64,000 nt of DNA from NCBI GenBank assembly GCA_050575255.1, contig JBNZDD010013620.1, positions 948,274-1,012,273 on the forward strand, in the 5' to 3' direction. The position numbers and the translations under genes were made by a program. The notes under the pieces were generated by a model. That model was not told where the DNA came from and searched no databases. It worked only from the letters and a program-made list of their open reading frames with translations. Below are positions 38,771 to 51,800 of the stretch, piece after piece. Source of the stretch: Harriotta raleighana. Lineage: Eukaryota. Positions within the stretch are counted from its first letter, which is position 1, and every line of letters begins with the position of its first letter.

Positions 38771-40924
38771 ATGTGGAGTCCAAAGCTGCAGTTTCCCTAC
38801 AGGGCTCCTGATGCCATTGCCAATATACAACTGAAGCTCATGATTCTCCTCCACATCACAGAATAATTCTGGATATCATGAAGCAGGGGATTACAGCTTA
38901 AGATGTCATAGTACATCACAGTACAATTGGAACAAAATGCAACATATTATTTCAGTTCTCAAACTGAGCAAATGTCAGTCTACAAATTAATACCACTTTA
39001 TTGAGCAGAAATTCACATAAAAGAGTTGCGTTGTTGTTGTTAACAGTGGTGTGGTACAACACCGAGCAGGAAAGAGAGGGAAGAGGAGCGATAGAATGAA
39101 GAGGAAAGTCTTCTGGTGTGGTTTGAAGATGGGAAGAGAGGGAGCAAGACAGAGGGAATGAGGTAAAAAGTTTCAGCGATTTGGAGCATAATGTTAAACT
39201 TTCAAAGGAAAAGCCTCTAATAATTATTTGCATTACCAGTTCACTTCACAAATTTATTTGCGACTATAAGCTACATCCCCTTGATAAAGAAGCAGACCAA
39301 AGAGGATTCTGATCTGTTCAAATTGAAATCACTAGACTGCCCACAAGGGAAGGTACTGGTGGAATTTCTATATAAAACTCAGCAAGTGCAAGTGCGAACT
39401 TGACAGCTTGCAAGAGTAACACTGGAAAGATAACAAGATTTGGTATGAGAAGATCTTTTGTCAACAAGGATGAATTTTGATTCAAATTAAAGTGACACAA
39501 TAAGCACAGACCTCGGGAATGAGTTTAAAATTAAATTTATTCCACAGGCTTGTCTGGTGAGCTGGGTGTTTCGATGTGTGAAACCTATTTGTTGGAATAT
39601 TCTGTGTAGTTATCAGTAACATATACATACTATAATTGCTACTTAAAATCTGAGTATTTGTATGTAACAAACAACTCTGCGTAAAACAGAAGTTTGCATT
39701 AAACATACTTATTAACTACACATATTAGGAGCTGCTTCTCCCCTTTAAGATTTATTTTGTGACTATTTATTCAGCAATTTCAACACAGCTGATAATGTAA
39801 TGTACTTAGTGATAAGTATATTCCTGTTCTTTGTTGTATGTTATAGTAATATGAAAAATACTGTTCCTGATTAGATCCTGGTTAGCACAGTGATAAGTAT
39901 ATTATCATTGTTGATAATCAAAATAAAAAATATTAGGAACTGCTTTGCTTGGATCAAAAGAGAGTGTGACAATCTAATTTATAGATAGGCTCTTAATACT
40001 GTTAGTATTTTTTGGCAGGTATTCAAATTGCTCTTTACGAATTCTGGATACAAAATCCTGTTTCAGTGTATTCCTCAAAATCACCTTTCTTATTTTAATT
40101 CCTTTTTTTAATTATGCATGTTTACCCTTTTAAGGCACAACGACAGCGAACAAATATGGTTTTCCTATTCTCACCTCCTCCAACAGTTGCCCTCGCTTGC
40201 CCTCATCCCCTCCCATAGTTGAATGTTCAAGTTCAAGAGAGCAGGGCAAGAGGTAACAGGCTCGCAGAAAATTTTGTACTGAAGTGATGTATTACTTTAT
40301 TCAGAGGGCAATTAGCAGCTCTAACAGTTTACCACGTAGGGTAATGGAGGCTAGAACGCTGGACTCATTTGAGAAGACAGTAGCTTAAGTATTGTGGAAT
40401 AATAAGATCAAATGTGACAATATATTGGTGATANGGTCTTGGTGATATATTTAGGATCAGATGATTATGGCTTCAAGCCCCACATCGGGTCTTGAGATTC
40501 CTACCCTCGGCTGGGAGTGTATCAGCCTGACTCAGTGGCANTATTGGTGATATATTTAGGATCAGATGATTATGGCTTCAAGCCCCACATCAGGCCTTGA
40601 GATTCCTACCCTCGGCTGGGAGTGTATCAGCCTGACTCAGTGGCAGTCTTTCCGAGCTTCCACCAAAACCACAGTTGGCATTGAAGTGAGGATTTTTGAA
40701 GGAAGATGTTATGTCGTAGATCATAGATAGAAACACAAAGGGTTTAAAAAGAGGCAGTATTATTCTCAACTCTGAGTACTACCTAGTGAAATGATCCTTA
40801 TGGTAACATTTCCATTGGAAATGTCTGCATCTCCTGGAATCACAAAAAACTTTAACACACTTAAATTCCGTCAGATATCATATTTTCACCCTCAAAATAT
40901 ACAATCAATTCACTTTGTATTATC

Positions 40925-41140
40925 AAAAACGCAAAATACTGCAGATGTTGGAAATGCGAAAAGCAAAACAGAAATCGCTGGGAACACTCAGCAGGTCAGG
41001 CAGCATGTATGGAGAAAGGAAAAGTAAGTCAACATTTCGGGTCCACAGTTCTGACAAAGGGTGATGGACCTGAAATGCTGACTCACTTTTCCTTTCTCCA
41101 CACCTGCTGAGTGTTCCCAGCGATTTCTGTTTTTGTTTCA
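40925..41140. mobile_element. Penelope-derived fold-back element nested in a SINE tail
   Basis: Inverted arms (aaaacagaaatcgctgggaacactcagcagg / cctgctgagtgttcccagcgatttctgtttt) flanked by ttcactt; SINE sequence continues on both sides. Confidence 0.8.
41046..41084 (+). ncRNA. Degenerate minimal type-I hammerhead ribozyme core
   Basis: cagtt-CTGACAA-agggtgatggacct-GAAAT-GCT-gactc versus canonical stemI-CUGANGA-stemII-GAAAC-GUH-stemI; several core mismatches. Confidence 0.45.
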
Positions 41141-41399
41141 CTTCACAGTATATTCTATGAAGTGCTTTGAGGTGTCTCAAAGACGTGTCAAACGCAAGGA
41201 TTATTATTTTTATATATTTGTATTTCAAGCTGAGAGCACAGTATAAAATCAGCACCCAAAAACTTTTCACGGGACCATTTGTAATGGTCATTTTTAACTT
41301 GAAAAATGATGTTAAAATGAAAATGCTGTTCAACAGTGGTAGTGGAGAAGAAATGAAAAGTTGTATTTTTCTGGGGCTTAATCAAGTGGAAACTTCCCA

Positions 41400-41610
41400 A
41401 ATTTGATGAAGCTGAAGCGTATTTGTGTGTAAATAACCAATTAATCTGGAAAACGGTTGGCCAGCACACCTAAAGAAACTCGCTTCTCTTTCGAATCATG
41501 GCTTGGGATCTATAATGTTCACCTGAAAGGGTAGCTAAGACCTTCCGTTTAATATTTTATTCAAACAATAGCACGTCCAAAACTGTAGTCATTCTCCTAA
41601 TACTGCTTGT
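41400..41610 (-). mobile_element. Deu-domain SINE (degenerate)
   Basis: gttggccagcacacctaaagaaactcgcttctctttcgaat...gggatctataatgttcacctga. Confidence 0.65.
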
Positions 41611-41699
41611 CTGGAAGAAAAAACACCTCAAATTTGCCACTACATTTAAGGGGTATGGCCCTCAGAACATTAAAATATCTCAATAAGACATATGAACCT

Positions 41700-41825
41700 C
41701 GGTCAGTGGTTAGAGCACTTGCCTTACAAGTATGAGACCTGCATTTCGAATCCAGGCAGATCAGGGCGAAACCTTGGACAATTTTCCTTCCTTACTGCAA
41801 ACTCCTGGTCATTGCAACCCATGAC
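41700..41825 (+). mobile_element. Family A SINE 5' part
   Basis: tcagtggttagagcacttgccttacaag...ttcgaatccaggcagatcagggcgaaacc. Confidence 0.8.
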
Positions 41826-42439
41826 CAGCTTCTTTCTGTGTTGTTGAACTTGCGACATGTTTCCCAGATGTAATTTCTATCAAGTGTAGTAACTGTATTT
41901 TGTTGGCAAATGTGTAAGGAGCTTTTATAAATCCATGCAAACTTTTAAAATTAAAAAGTAGAAAAACGCAAAACTCAAAACACACCTCACAAAGAATTAT
42001 GATTCATTTTAAGATTGCTCTTAGCAACTCGACCAATCATTTGGATTCACAAGAGTAAGAAAATAGAATCTGTAAAATTTTTTTAAAAAATATTTCCCCA
42101 TAAACTGCGCTCTCCAAGTAAAATCCCAAATTTCGGTTCAGCAGCAGCAGAAAAAAACAGATTTCCCATCCAAAGGTCGGATTTCTTCTCTGAAGATTCT
42201 TTACGAATTCTGCCAATATAAAAACTTTTTTTTAAAAAAATGCACTGACAAATTACAACAGGCTGTTGGACAGATGTGATTTCAGGAGTTATTTAAGACA
42301 ACCTTTGAACAACGTAGAATAATTGGATGCTGTTTGAAACCTCCATTCATGTTAACCATTGACAAAGATGCTTTAAAAAATGTATGTATTATAGTTGTAA
42401 GTGTTGACAGATTGTACAAAGGCACTCAAGTTATTTTTT

Positions 42440-43290
42440 CCAGTTAGAATAAGTCTTTCGTCACATATGACTTACTTTGAACTTGCAAATAGAACAGGCT
42501 CATTTACGTGTGATGTGTCAAGTTTACCTTTCAATGGGTGAAGCTAAAGTGGCAACATTAAACAAAACTTGTCATTTACTTGTAGCACACAGACTCGGAG
42601 ATGCTCTGAGGCAACAATACCTTGTGGTCAGTTTAACACAATCATTGTCAGCCTGTCTGATGCTTGCTGAAAGCTCATCACGAGCTAGCCATCCTCAAAG
42701 GAAATCTCAGCCTCAGAGGGTAAGTACTGAAAAGTGCCTAGATATGCATCGCTTGGCAGCTGACAGTCCACATGTTCATGCCTCCTGAAATCTAATTTTG
42801 AATGCATAATTTCCATACCACTTTTCTTGTCTGATGCAGTGGAAAGTAAAATGGACTTCTGAGTAAGATGGATTACTTGGCTTTCAACTAATCAAATTTT
42901 CAGGGGCTTTATTCTGGACAAACAATATATGCTGATAATGAGCGCAGGGGTGAATGCAAAGTTGACGATCAGAGTAACTTGTGTTCTTTATAAGACAGTC
43001 AGGTTAATGCTAACCCTTTTGAACAATAAATAGCAGGTTTCGGACCACAATTGCTCCATTGCAACAGGCAGTCCAGGAAGGACAACAAGTGTGCATTTCC
43101 AACCCTTGAGAGTGCTTCAAGGAAAGTGAATGCGAGGTTCTTTGAATGAAAGCTGATTGAGAAATGCCACCAACTGTATCTAAACTATGTGTGTGTTTTA
43201 GACAATGCATGATCAAGTAAGGACAGTTATAATGCAATGGTTTGAGTCCATCAACTTACACCATGAAATAATAGGGAGCGTGTGTGTGTA
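42440..43290. promoter_or_regulatory. Candidate conserved non-coding block
   Basis: About 850 bp repeat-free with tgacag/tgtca, acaat/attgt and taat motifs. Confidence 0.3.
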
Positions 43291-43342
43291 AAAAAAAAGG
43301 CCACCAATCCATGCTTCTGGGTTATCAGATCACTTGCACATA

Positions 43343-43664
43343 TAATAATAATAATCCTTGCATTTGATGTTGCGCTTTTCACGTCTTATCGACGTCTCAA
43401 AGCACTTCACAGAATATACTGTAAAGTGAATTGACTGAATATTAGTGGGCGAAAAGTGGCAGCCAATGTGGCGCACAGCAGCGTCCCACAAACAGTTGTG
43501 GATTGAAACGACCAGTTTTGTTATTGAGTGTTTTTTGGGAGGGGTGATTATCAGGCATGTGGAGTTAGGAAACTTGCCCAAGGTTTCGCCCTGATCTGCC
43601 CGGATTCGAACACAGGTCTCGTGTTGTAAGGCGAGTGCTCTAACCACTGAGTCGCAGGAGCTCC
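43343..43664 (-). mobile_element. Family A SINE, full-length young copy
   Basis: Complete tail to head (...ggattcgaacacagg...taaccactgagtcgcaggagctcc), many CpGs retained. Confidence 0.92.
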
Positions 43665-44329
43665 ATATGTCAGAAAGCACCACAGGATGTAATGTCAGTG
43701 GCACTTTACTGCACATAAAATGCCAGAAGCCAGTCAGTATTGGGAGCCAGGAGTTCACTGCACTGATTTACCTGGACATTCCATGGTACACCCAGTCTAA
43801 GTTAACCTACACTATATCAAAGACTTTTCTAATGAAACAGATTTGGTCTGCAACTAAATCAGGCTTAAGCACTAAAACTTAAGGCAANACAAACATTTTC
43901 AGAAAGGTCCGGGGTATAAATCAAAAATGCTTGTTTTCTATTATTGCCCCAAAAGTGGGATTAGAATACCTTAAAAACCTGCTTGGTGATTTGCAGCTCC
44001 CACTGTAGCATAAATATATTCAGTGTTGAACAATGCTGACCTTACTTAGAAATGATCCTTCACACTTTCTTCTGCTGTCCAATTAATCTCCTTGCTTCCT
44101 GCAATAACCCTTAAGACATCATTTTTATGTCTGTACTTACTGTACTGTACTTACTAAATGATAGATACTGTACTTACTAAACAAGGATATTAAGAGATGT
44201 AGAGATATTGCCACAGATTTAATAGTGGATCACACTTGAGAGGTGAAATAGCCTTGTTCTACAATTCCCATTGACTAAATCAAACTACTGTCCAGAAGTA
44301 GATCAAGGGAAATCGCTAGATATTTGCAA

Positions 44330-44780
44330 AAGAAAATTTGGGAGGGATATGGGGAAAGAGCGGGGGAGTGGGACTGATTGAGTAGCTCTTATAATAATCC
44401 ATGCATTTGATATAGCGCTTTTCACATCTTATCAACGTTTCAAAGCGCTTCACAGAATATACTGAAAAGTGAATTGACTATATATTTGTGGGCGAAATGC
44501 CACAACCAATTGCGCACAGCAGTGTCCCATAAAGAGTCGTGGATTGAAAATGACCAATTTTTATTATTGTGGTTTGTTTTGGATGAATTATTATTAGTCA
44601 TTTGGAGTAAGGAAACTTGCCCAAGGTTTGGCCCTGATCCCACCTGGATTCGAACACAGGTCTCACGCTTGTAAGGCGAGTGTTCTAACCACTGAGCTAC
44701 AGGAGCTCTTCCAAAGAACCAGCACGATGGGCTGAATGGCCTCTTTCTGTGCCATAATATTCTATGTTTCTATGATTCCA
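44330..44780 (+). mobile_element. CR1 3' UTR interrupted by a SINE
   Basis: ggatatggggaaagagcgggggagtgggac...agctctt [SINE] agctcttccaaagaaccagcacgatgggctgaatggcct...(ttctatg)2. Confidence 0.8.
44391..44708 (-). mobile_element. Family A SINE, full length, TSD agctctt
   Basis: TSD at 44384-44390 and 44704-44710; intact A and B boxes. Confidence 0.92.
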
Positions 44781-46136
44781 AGCTAGAGCAGTTTGGCTTG
44801 ATGCATTTCTGTTACCAAAAGAGTTTCCAATTGCACAATTCAGGTTCCTTATTGCAGAATCCTCCTTAAACAAATAAAAATCCAAATTAGAAGTTGTTAC
44901 TGAAGAGCCAGATCAATGTACCTGAATACAGAATATAGGTGTTCTGGAAACTCTAGCACCAGTGATTAGGCATAAAAATGAGGGACAGAGAGCATATGGT
45001 CTAGACTTCATTGGTGCCTCAGCAGTCATTGTGTACTCAAATGCTGGACTGACTAAAGGCTATTTATATCATCCATTCCAATTTGGTATTAAATGTAAAA
45101 TGGCAATTACCCCCAATTCAGTTCTATTTGTATCTACAATTACTTTGTAATGTGTGACTGAACAAGCTACAGGAAGGACAAGAATTCCAAAAGCCGCATA
45201 TTAGTTGATGGAAATGTGCACTTAAATGATTTGTCCCATGCACTGATCAATGGCCCATACACTTCAATATAAATAGCTACTGACTTTTAGTTTAGACTAT
45301 TTAACAGTCAGTCTATGAAAATAGCCTAACTGTTTGGACTATTTAAATCTGTTGCTGCACTTCCCAACCAACACTGCGGCTGAGATAGTAATACCCATCA
45401 GTTAGAACTGAGGTCAGGAAGCATATCGTCACATTGAGGGCTGTCAAGATGCACACTGCTCCGCCTCAGAAAGCTATTAATGAGGGTGTTAATGATGTAT
45501 GGTCAACAAAAACTGGCCTGCTTGTTGCAAGGGAATACTTGTATCAACTGCTCTGTCCACTGCTTTCCCATTAAAAGCTAGTTACAGTTTTTTTTACAGC
45601 TAGTTAAAAGCAGCTTTTGATCTTCTTGATCCAAGTGTGGATTGCAAATCACTTGTGTCCTGCTTTCGTTTGCCTGTAGCGCATCTTAGACACCAAGTGG
45701 AGGGAAGAGTTAAGTTTCATACAAGCAACAGCCAAAGCAAAGAGAGCATGCAGTGTGATGGCCTAGATAAGATAGAAAAAAACTCAAACTCGCTATCCTG
45801 GTGAGCCATTTCATCAGGGTGTACATTTACTGTTTTCTTTGCATTTCAGAGCATGAAAGTTATTGAATTCCACCTTTGAAATAGTTTTGCTTTTTTTCTT
45901 TTAAAAAAGAACTTAAGGGAAAACAGGGTTTCAAAATTCAAGAATTTATTGATTTCTCGAAGAGCTGAAATGCGCAGTAAATTAAGTAAATCTAGACCCA
46001 GGTGAAATTTCAGCCCAATGATACCTAATTGTGAAGCTGAAATACTAATGGGAACTGTTTGGAGCATTTTGTGACAGAAATCCATGATAACTACAACTTT
46101 TACTTCTAAAGAATCCCATTGGATTCATCAACTCAG

Positions 46137-46202
46137 AACAACAACAACAACAACAACAAAATTACATTTATAGAGCGCCTTTTGTGTCGGGACGACGTCC
46201 CA
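46137..46202 (-). mobile_element. L2 terminus with (ACA)n microsatellite
   Basis: (aca)n aaattacatttatagagcgccttttgtgtcgggacgacgtccc. Confidence 0.75.
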
Positions 46203-47044
46203 CTTTCATGAACAATATTTTGAATGGGAGGAGAAGAGAGAACAACAACTCGCATTTCTCTAACTCCCAATATGTAGGAGAGTGCCTTGGACCGAGGAAG
46301 GAAATAAATTGGGAGATAAAATATTTATAATATTCCCAAATTCAAACGTCCTAAAACATTTAAGTTTCAAGCATAACCCGTATTCCTAGATTTAACATAT
46401 TTGGCATTTTATATATTATGTACTATACAGTATATAAAATATACCTAGAAAGCACGAAAAGCACTATCTCAAATCCAAGGATTATCATTATTATTGATCT
46501 AGTTTTTGTGTGTTTTCCACATCAGTGGGGAGCCTGAAGCACCTCTCAGACCCGTGCAAGCTCAAAAAGCCCTCTGTCTGAATTCAAACAAGCATCTGAA
46601 TTCAGACATGTCAACAGTGACATTTTGCCTTAATAAATGGTGACAATAAGGGGTGAAAGTAGGCAGGGTCTGCCAGTGTTGGGTTTTAATATCCGCCTAA
46701 AGCGTCAACGCATTCAGTCCGAAAACAGTCAAGACCACAACACATCTATCTTGGCCTTCCTGAGACTGATGAGATAAGACTTCTCCACAAACCTTTTCTT
46801 CTCTTGTTGAGTTTCTCCTCGTTTGTCAAACTCCTTTGCAATAAATCAAATGTTTCCGACAACTTTTGCCCTCAGATCAAAGCGATAGATTATCTTATCT
46901 GCAACAATTGTGACAGACATAAACCACACAAATGGAAGGATTAATGGAGGCCCTGCACTTGGGCAAGATATAAGGTGCACCTTTAAACTCTATGAAGAGA
47001 GCAATTTACATAGACTTAATTAACACCAACATTTTTGAGTACAG

Positions 47045-47650
47045 TCAGAATCTTAGAAACTTACAGCACAAAAGGAGGCCATTCGGCCCATTGGGTCTGT
47101 GCCGGCTCTTTGAAAAGAGCAACTCAATCCCACTCCCCAGCTCTCTCCCCATAACCGTGCAAACCCGCCCTCCCCAAATAAACATCTACCTCTCTTTCAA
47201 AAGTTGTTATCGAATCGGCCTCCACCACCTTTTCAGGCAATGCATTCCAGATTCGAACAACTCGCTGAGTGAAAAAAATTCTCCTCGCCTCCCCTCTGCT
47301 TCTTTTAGAAACTATTTTAAATCTGTGACCACGAGTCACTGATACACTCACCAGTGGAAACAGTTTTTTTCGCTGTTTTGCCTATCGAATCCCCTCATGA
47401 TCTTGAAAACTTATTAGGTCTCCTCGTAACCTTCTCTGCTCCAATGAGAATAAACCTAGCCTCTCCAGCCTTTCCTCATAACTGAAATCCCGCATTCCTG
47501 GTACCATCCTGGTAAATCTCATTTACACCCTTTCCAATGCCTTAACATCCTTCCTAAAGTGTGGTGACCAGAATTGAACACAGTACTCTAGCTGAGGCCT
47601 AACCAAAGTTTTATAGAGGTCAGAACTTCCTGACTTTTGTATTCCTAGAA
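47045..47650 (-). mobile_element. CR1 ORF2 C-terminus plus 3' UTR (relatively young)
   Basis: ORF 47124..47351 TRGHRFKI...RRIFFTQRVVRIWNALPEKVVEA; same family as 32390-33125. Confidence 0.93.
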
Positions 47651-48586
47651 TGTTCCTGGGGTGCGAAAATATTGCCAAATAACCTTGAAGACATTACCTG
47701 TCATCAGAAGCTGCGTTTTCACTGCAAGATACTTTCTTGTTTGGGCGAGGTGAGTGGGACTGTACTAATTCTCACAGGACAGTATTAGATTGTTCTCCAC
47801 ATGAGAGGGATTGAGCCTTCACACTACAGGACTGGGATTGAACAACTACTGACTTTAGAAAAATAATTTCTCTCTCTAAGAATGGAGATAAGTGTTATGC
47901 TTGATTATTTATTGAGGGAATTGATCATTTGATGCCCAAATACTAAAATGACTTTTTAACTTTTGGAATATTAACTATTATATCTAGAGCTGTATCTAGC
48001 TGGTAATGTAAATGTAAAATGTGTACTCTCCACAGCACAGGTTTAAAGACTTATTCAATCCACACAGGTTAGGAAATGATTTAATGCCTTTTAGCTTCAA
48101 TAAATGATTAAGTAATATCTTTTAAAACTTAACTGCATTTTATCTTAAAAGTACATTTCATAAATTTACATAAGGAGTAGTGTGCAAGGCATTTCAGCGT
48201 TAAAAGAAATGAACTGGCTTAATTGGCACCACTGGTTGTGTAATGTTGTGATTTTCTTCCACCTGATTTTCTTCTACCAGATAATAGAATTCACTGGCAT
48301 TCCCTCCCACTGGGCACAGTGAGGAAAAGGGAAGGATCCCTGTAATATAGTGAATAATTCAGTCTAAATAATACAAGTCAAATATGTAAATTTGGAAAGT
48401 AATGCTTTACTTGAACGGGATAGGCCCTGTAAACTACTGAACAAAACAACAAATCTAGTTTATACAGGGCTCTGCTCTTTTCGTACGTCATCTCATAACC
48501 TGTTACCAGTACCAACTGTGGACTAACAGCATCTCCATTCTGATTCATTTTTATGCCAGGAAGACTAACTAGGTGAATCGCATGTC

Positions 48587-48899
48587 ATAATAATAATAAT
48601 CCTTGCATTTGACATAGCGATTTTTCACATCTTCTAGACGTCTCAAAGCGCTTCACAGAATGTACTGTAAAATGAATTGAGTGTATATTATGGGCGAAAC
48701 GCAGCAGCCAATTGCGCACAGCAGTGTTCCACAAACAGTCATGGATTCAAATGACCAATTTTATTATCGTGTTTTTTTTTTGAAGGGATTATTATTAGCG
48801 TGTGGAGTAAGGAAACTTGCCCAAGGTTTCTCCCTGACCTGCCTGGAATCGAACATAGATCTCATTCTTATAAGGTGAGTGCTCTAACCACTGAGCTAC
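48587..48899 (-). mobile_element. Family A SINE, near full length
   Basis: (taa)n tail, core, head gagtgctctaaccactgagctac. Confidence 0.92.
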
Positions 48900-49484
48900 T
48901 CTTGATAGTAGCTTCTAGTTTTATTTTTCAGAAGAGAAGGGACATCAACTACCCTGTGATAATAGAAAAATCAAGCAGACCAGACATGAGCGTAGGGAGT
49001 CTTCCAATGTATCTCCTGTTAACATTGCGACAGATAGATAATTCTTCCTAAAAGGTGGGAAGCTGACCACTGTACTGGTGTTCAAATCCAGGAGTACACA
49101 ATGAAACACGCCCTGGGGTCCCCAAGCCTTTGAATTTTGACAACCTGTGCTAAACTCACCAAGAGCTAGGCCTGTCCATCCCAAAAGAAAGCAAAGGAAA
49201 CAATTAAATCATGAATGCAGTTAACACTATCGAAAAAAACCACAACAAAATGACTACAGGTTGTCTCTGTGGATGAGTTGGTTGCAAAGTGCAATGCAAG
49301 GCAAAAGAAAATCAGTCGAGTAAATCTTCTATGGTGGTTATGACTGTCCAGTTCCTGGCAGGTCTCTAGGATTCGAAGTCACTGTTGATTCACCAGCTTG
49401 ATTCACCTGCAGAACGTTTAGTCTCAGACCAGTCACAAGGGACGGGGATTCTTCCCACTCAACTCTTGTTAAGGCCAAAGCATA

Positions 49485-49790
49485 CATCTATGTCTGTTGA
49501 CTTCACTCTTGAGTCTCATAATGGACTCTGACTCTGCCATTTTACTTGACAGATCATTCCATATGCCAACAACTCTGAGTGAAACCATTTCACTTAACCT
49601 CCTTTCACTTTTCCTGTGACTAACAGCATGGTTGAAGCAGATAGCATTAATAAATTTAAAAGGAAAATCAATGCGTGCTTGAGAGAGAAGGAAGGAATAC
49701 AGGGTCAAAGAGTTACTCGGAAGGAGGGATATTATGATGGGTATGTGGACTGTAAACACGTGGACTTTAGGTCCTGTAGGTTCTTTGTAA
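49485..49790. mobile_element. Two CR1 3' fragments in opposite orientation
   Basis: Minus ORF RVVGIWNDLSSKMAESESI and plus ORF MVEADSINKFKRKI. Confidence 0.65.
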
Positions 49791-50469
49791 CCTACTGGTC
49801 TTAAAATTTGTCATATTCCACCAGTTAAATCTTTGTCGCTCTCCCTGGCTCTCGTTCACTCTCCTTCTCTGGGTTGGAAATTGACAGAGACGTTTCTAAT
49901 GGCATGACTTTGTCATCGTGGGGCTTTTAACTTGTCATTGGCTCCACACTACACCGTGATACTGCTGTGTAAAGTGAGTTGCTCTCTCTCCTTTCAAAAT
50001 GTACAGTAGCAGCTGGAAGTAATAGGAAAAATAAACTACAGGGTGAAAAATATGATTTTTCACAACAGATTCAATAATCAGCAAATGTGCTACCTAACCT
50101 GTTATGAAACGCAATATTTTCCATTCTTTCCAAAAGACTTAGCTGTTGAACTGAAACCCTCTCTCCACAGTAGTTTGCTTCTATTTGGGATTCTATTATG
50201 TTTTTTCATGCTATATTATCTAGAGTTTTTGGTCAGCAGGCTTACGATTAATTTTTCAATGCTTGAGGCATCATGACTGCTAAAGAATAGGTTCGTATGC
50301 CATTTCTACTTACAGTAAACACTGATCTCTGAGATCATGAAATCGGAACAACAAGCCAAGCGAGACATCCTTTATGGGAGGAAATGACCAAAAACATCAG
50401 ATCTTAAGGAGAGAAAGATCTTAAGGCAAGCTGTAAAAGTTTGGAGAGAAGGAAGAAAAAGTGTTTCGA

Positions 50470-50768
50470 CCACCTGATTCACATTCCCTGCCCAGCCTGC
50501 CCCACCTTCAGCAGTCGGGCCTTCAGTCTCTCCACCCCCATCCTTCGTAACTCTATCCCAAAGATACTTTACTGTACTTACCTAACTCCTTCAAGGCACA
50601 AGTCAAGACCCTCCTCTTTGACCGAGCCTTTGATCACCCCTCCATTCCATGCCCTCTACCACTATTGATCCCAACTCCCTGCTTGGGTCCAATTTCCTGA
50701 CTGTCCAATGCTTCGAGATGTCCTCCCGACATGAAAGGCACAATACAAGTGTGATTTGTTGTGGTTGT
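50470..50768 (+). mobile_element. L2 3' end
   Basis: PTFSSRAFSLSTPILRNSIP; terminus gatgtcctcccgacatgaaaggc plus ttg tail. Confidence 0.8.
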
Positions 50769-50919
50769 TCTCGTGTCCCAATAACCTTCTGCGTAGAAAA
50801 ACATTCAATCACAAAGTTCTATCATTTGTTTTCCTTCAGTAATCAAGATTCATTCACCTTCGATATTCTGGGTTAACCTTGATTTTTATTTGTAAAGAAG
50901 GTTCAGTCTTAGGCTGTAA

Positions 50920-51800
50920 ATGTAGAGGTAAAATCCAGCTGAGAGTGAAAAGCTCAACTGCATTTCTACTTTGGCAGAATTCCCAGCAACGTTTATTCCC
51001 TGGTGCTGGAATGGCTTGTGTCTTGTTAGTGCTTAAACTTGACAAAAGGCTGACAGCACTGCTTAGGTGCTTGTCCGCAAATGGCTCCCTCCTCATTGTG
51101 CGGTGCATATAATCACTGTAATTACGTCTTTTAACTGCAATGCAACACCAGTAAGAAAGATAATGAGCGGGTCAGAGAAAAGGAGAGAAGTGGCAAAGCC
51201 TCCACACTTTGTAACCGATTAATGTTGATTTTTTTGTGCCAGACAAAAGCCGGAACTCAGAATGTCAAGCCCCATGTGATTCAACTCTTTTAAGCCTCTA
51301 ATAGACCTGCAAAACAGCATTCACAGTGGTACAGAATTCACAAGAGAACAATTAACAGAAGTAGCACTATTGTTTCTGACAAGCTGCAGCAACTGGTGAT
51401 TGAAGGGCTAAAAGCCTTTAAAGCCGAACCTTATTTTCCTTATTCCTTTAGTCAATAATTCAAAAATGCTTGTGTTTTTCTCACCCGGTATGAATTAATT
51501 AGCTGTGCACAAGGGACCAGCACTCTCATGCATGTAAGGCAAAGATAAAGAGGGAAATAGCAAGACTGGCAAATAACATACAATTCAGATAGCCTTTCAG
51601 ACCAATCCATTCAGCCGTAATTAAATCTTCTCCTTGACAGTTTCTCTATGGAAATTACATTTAAGCAATAATGAATGAGAAGTTGTGCATTACTGAATAA
51701 TGCAGGCCCGATTCGGTCTGTAAATAAAGGTGAAGTTGAGAGCTTAAACCTAATCGAAACCACTGCACCCCACCAATAATGCTCATTTTCCAGTTCATTA
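50920..51800. promoter_or_regulatory. Candidate conserved non-coding enhancer cluster
   Basis: About 900 bp repeat-free; tgacag 51051-51056, attgtg, tgtaatta, gattaat, tgaattaattagc 51491-51503, gtaattaaa. Confidence 0.35.

Noticed and set aside
40424-40645. ~100-bp tandem duplication
   Set aside because: Flanked by single 'n' characters; assembly overlap
46575-46608. 11-bp perfect hairpin tgtctgaattc/gaattcagaca
   Set aside because: Explained by local duplication of a self-complementary word; too short to imply function
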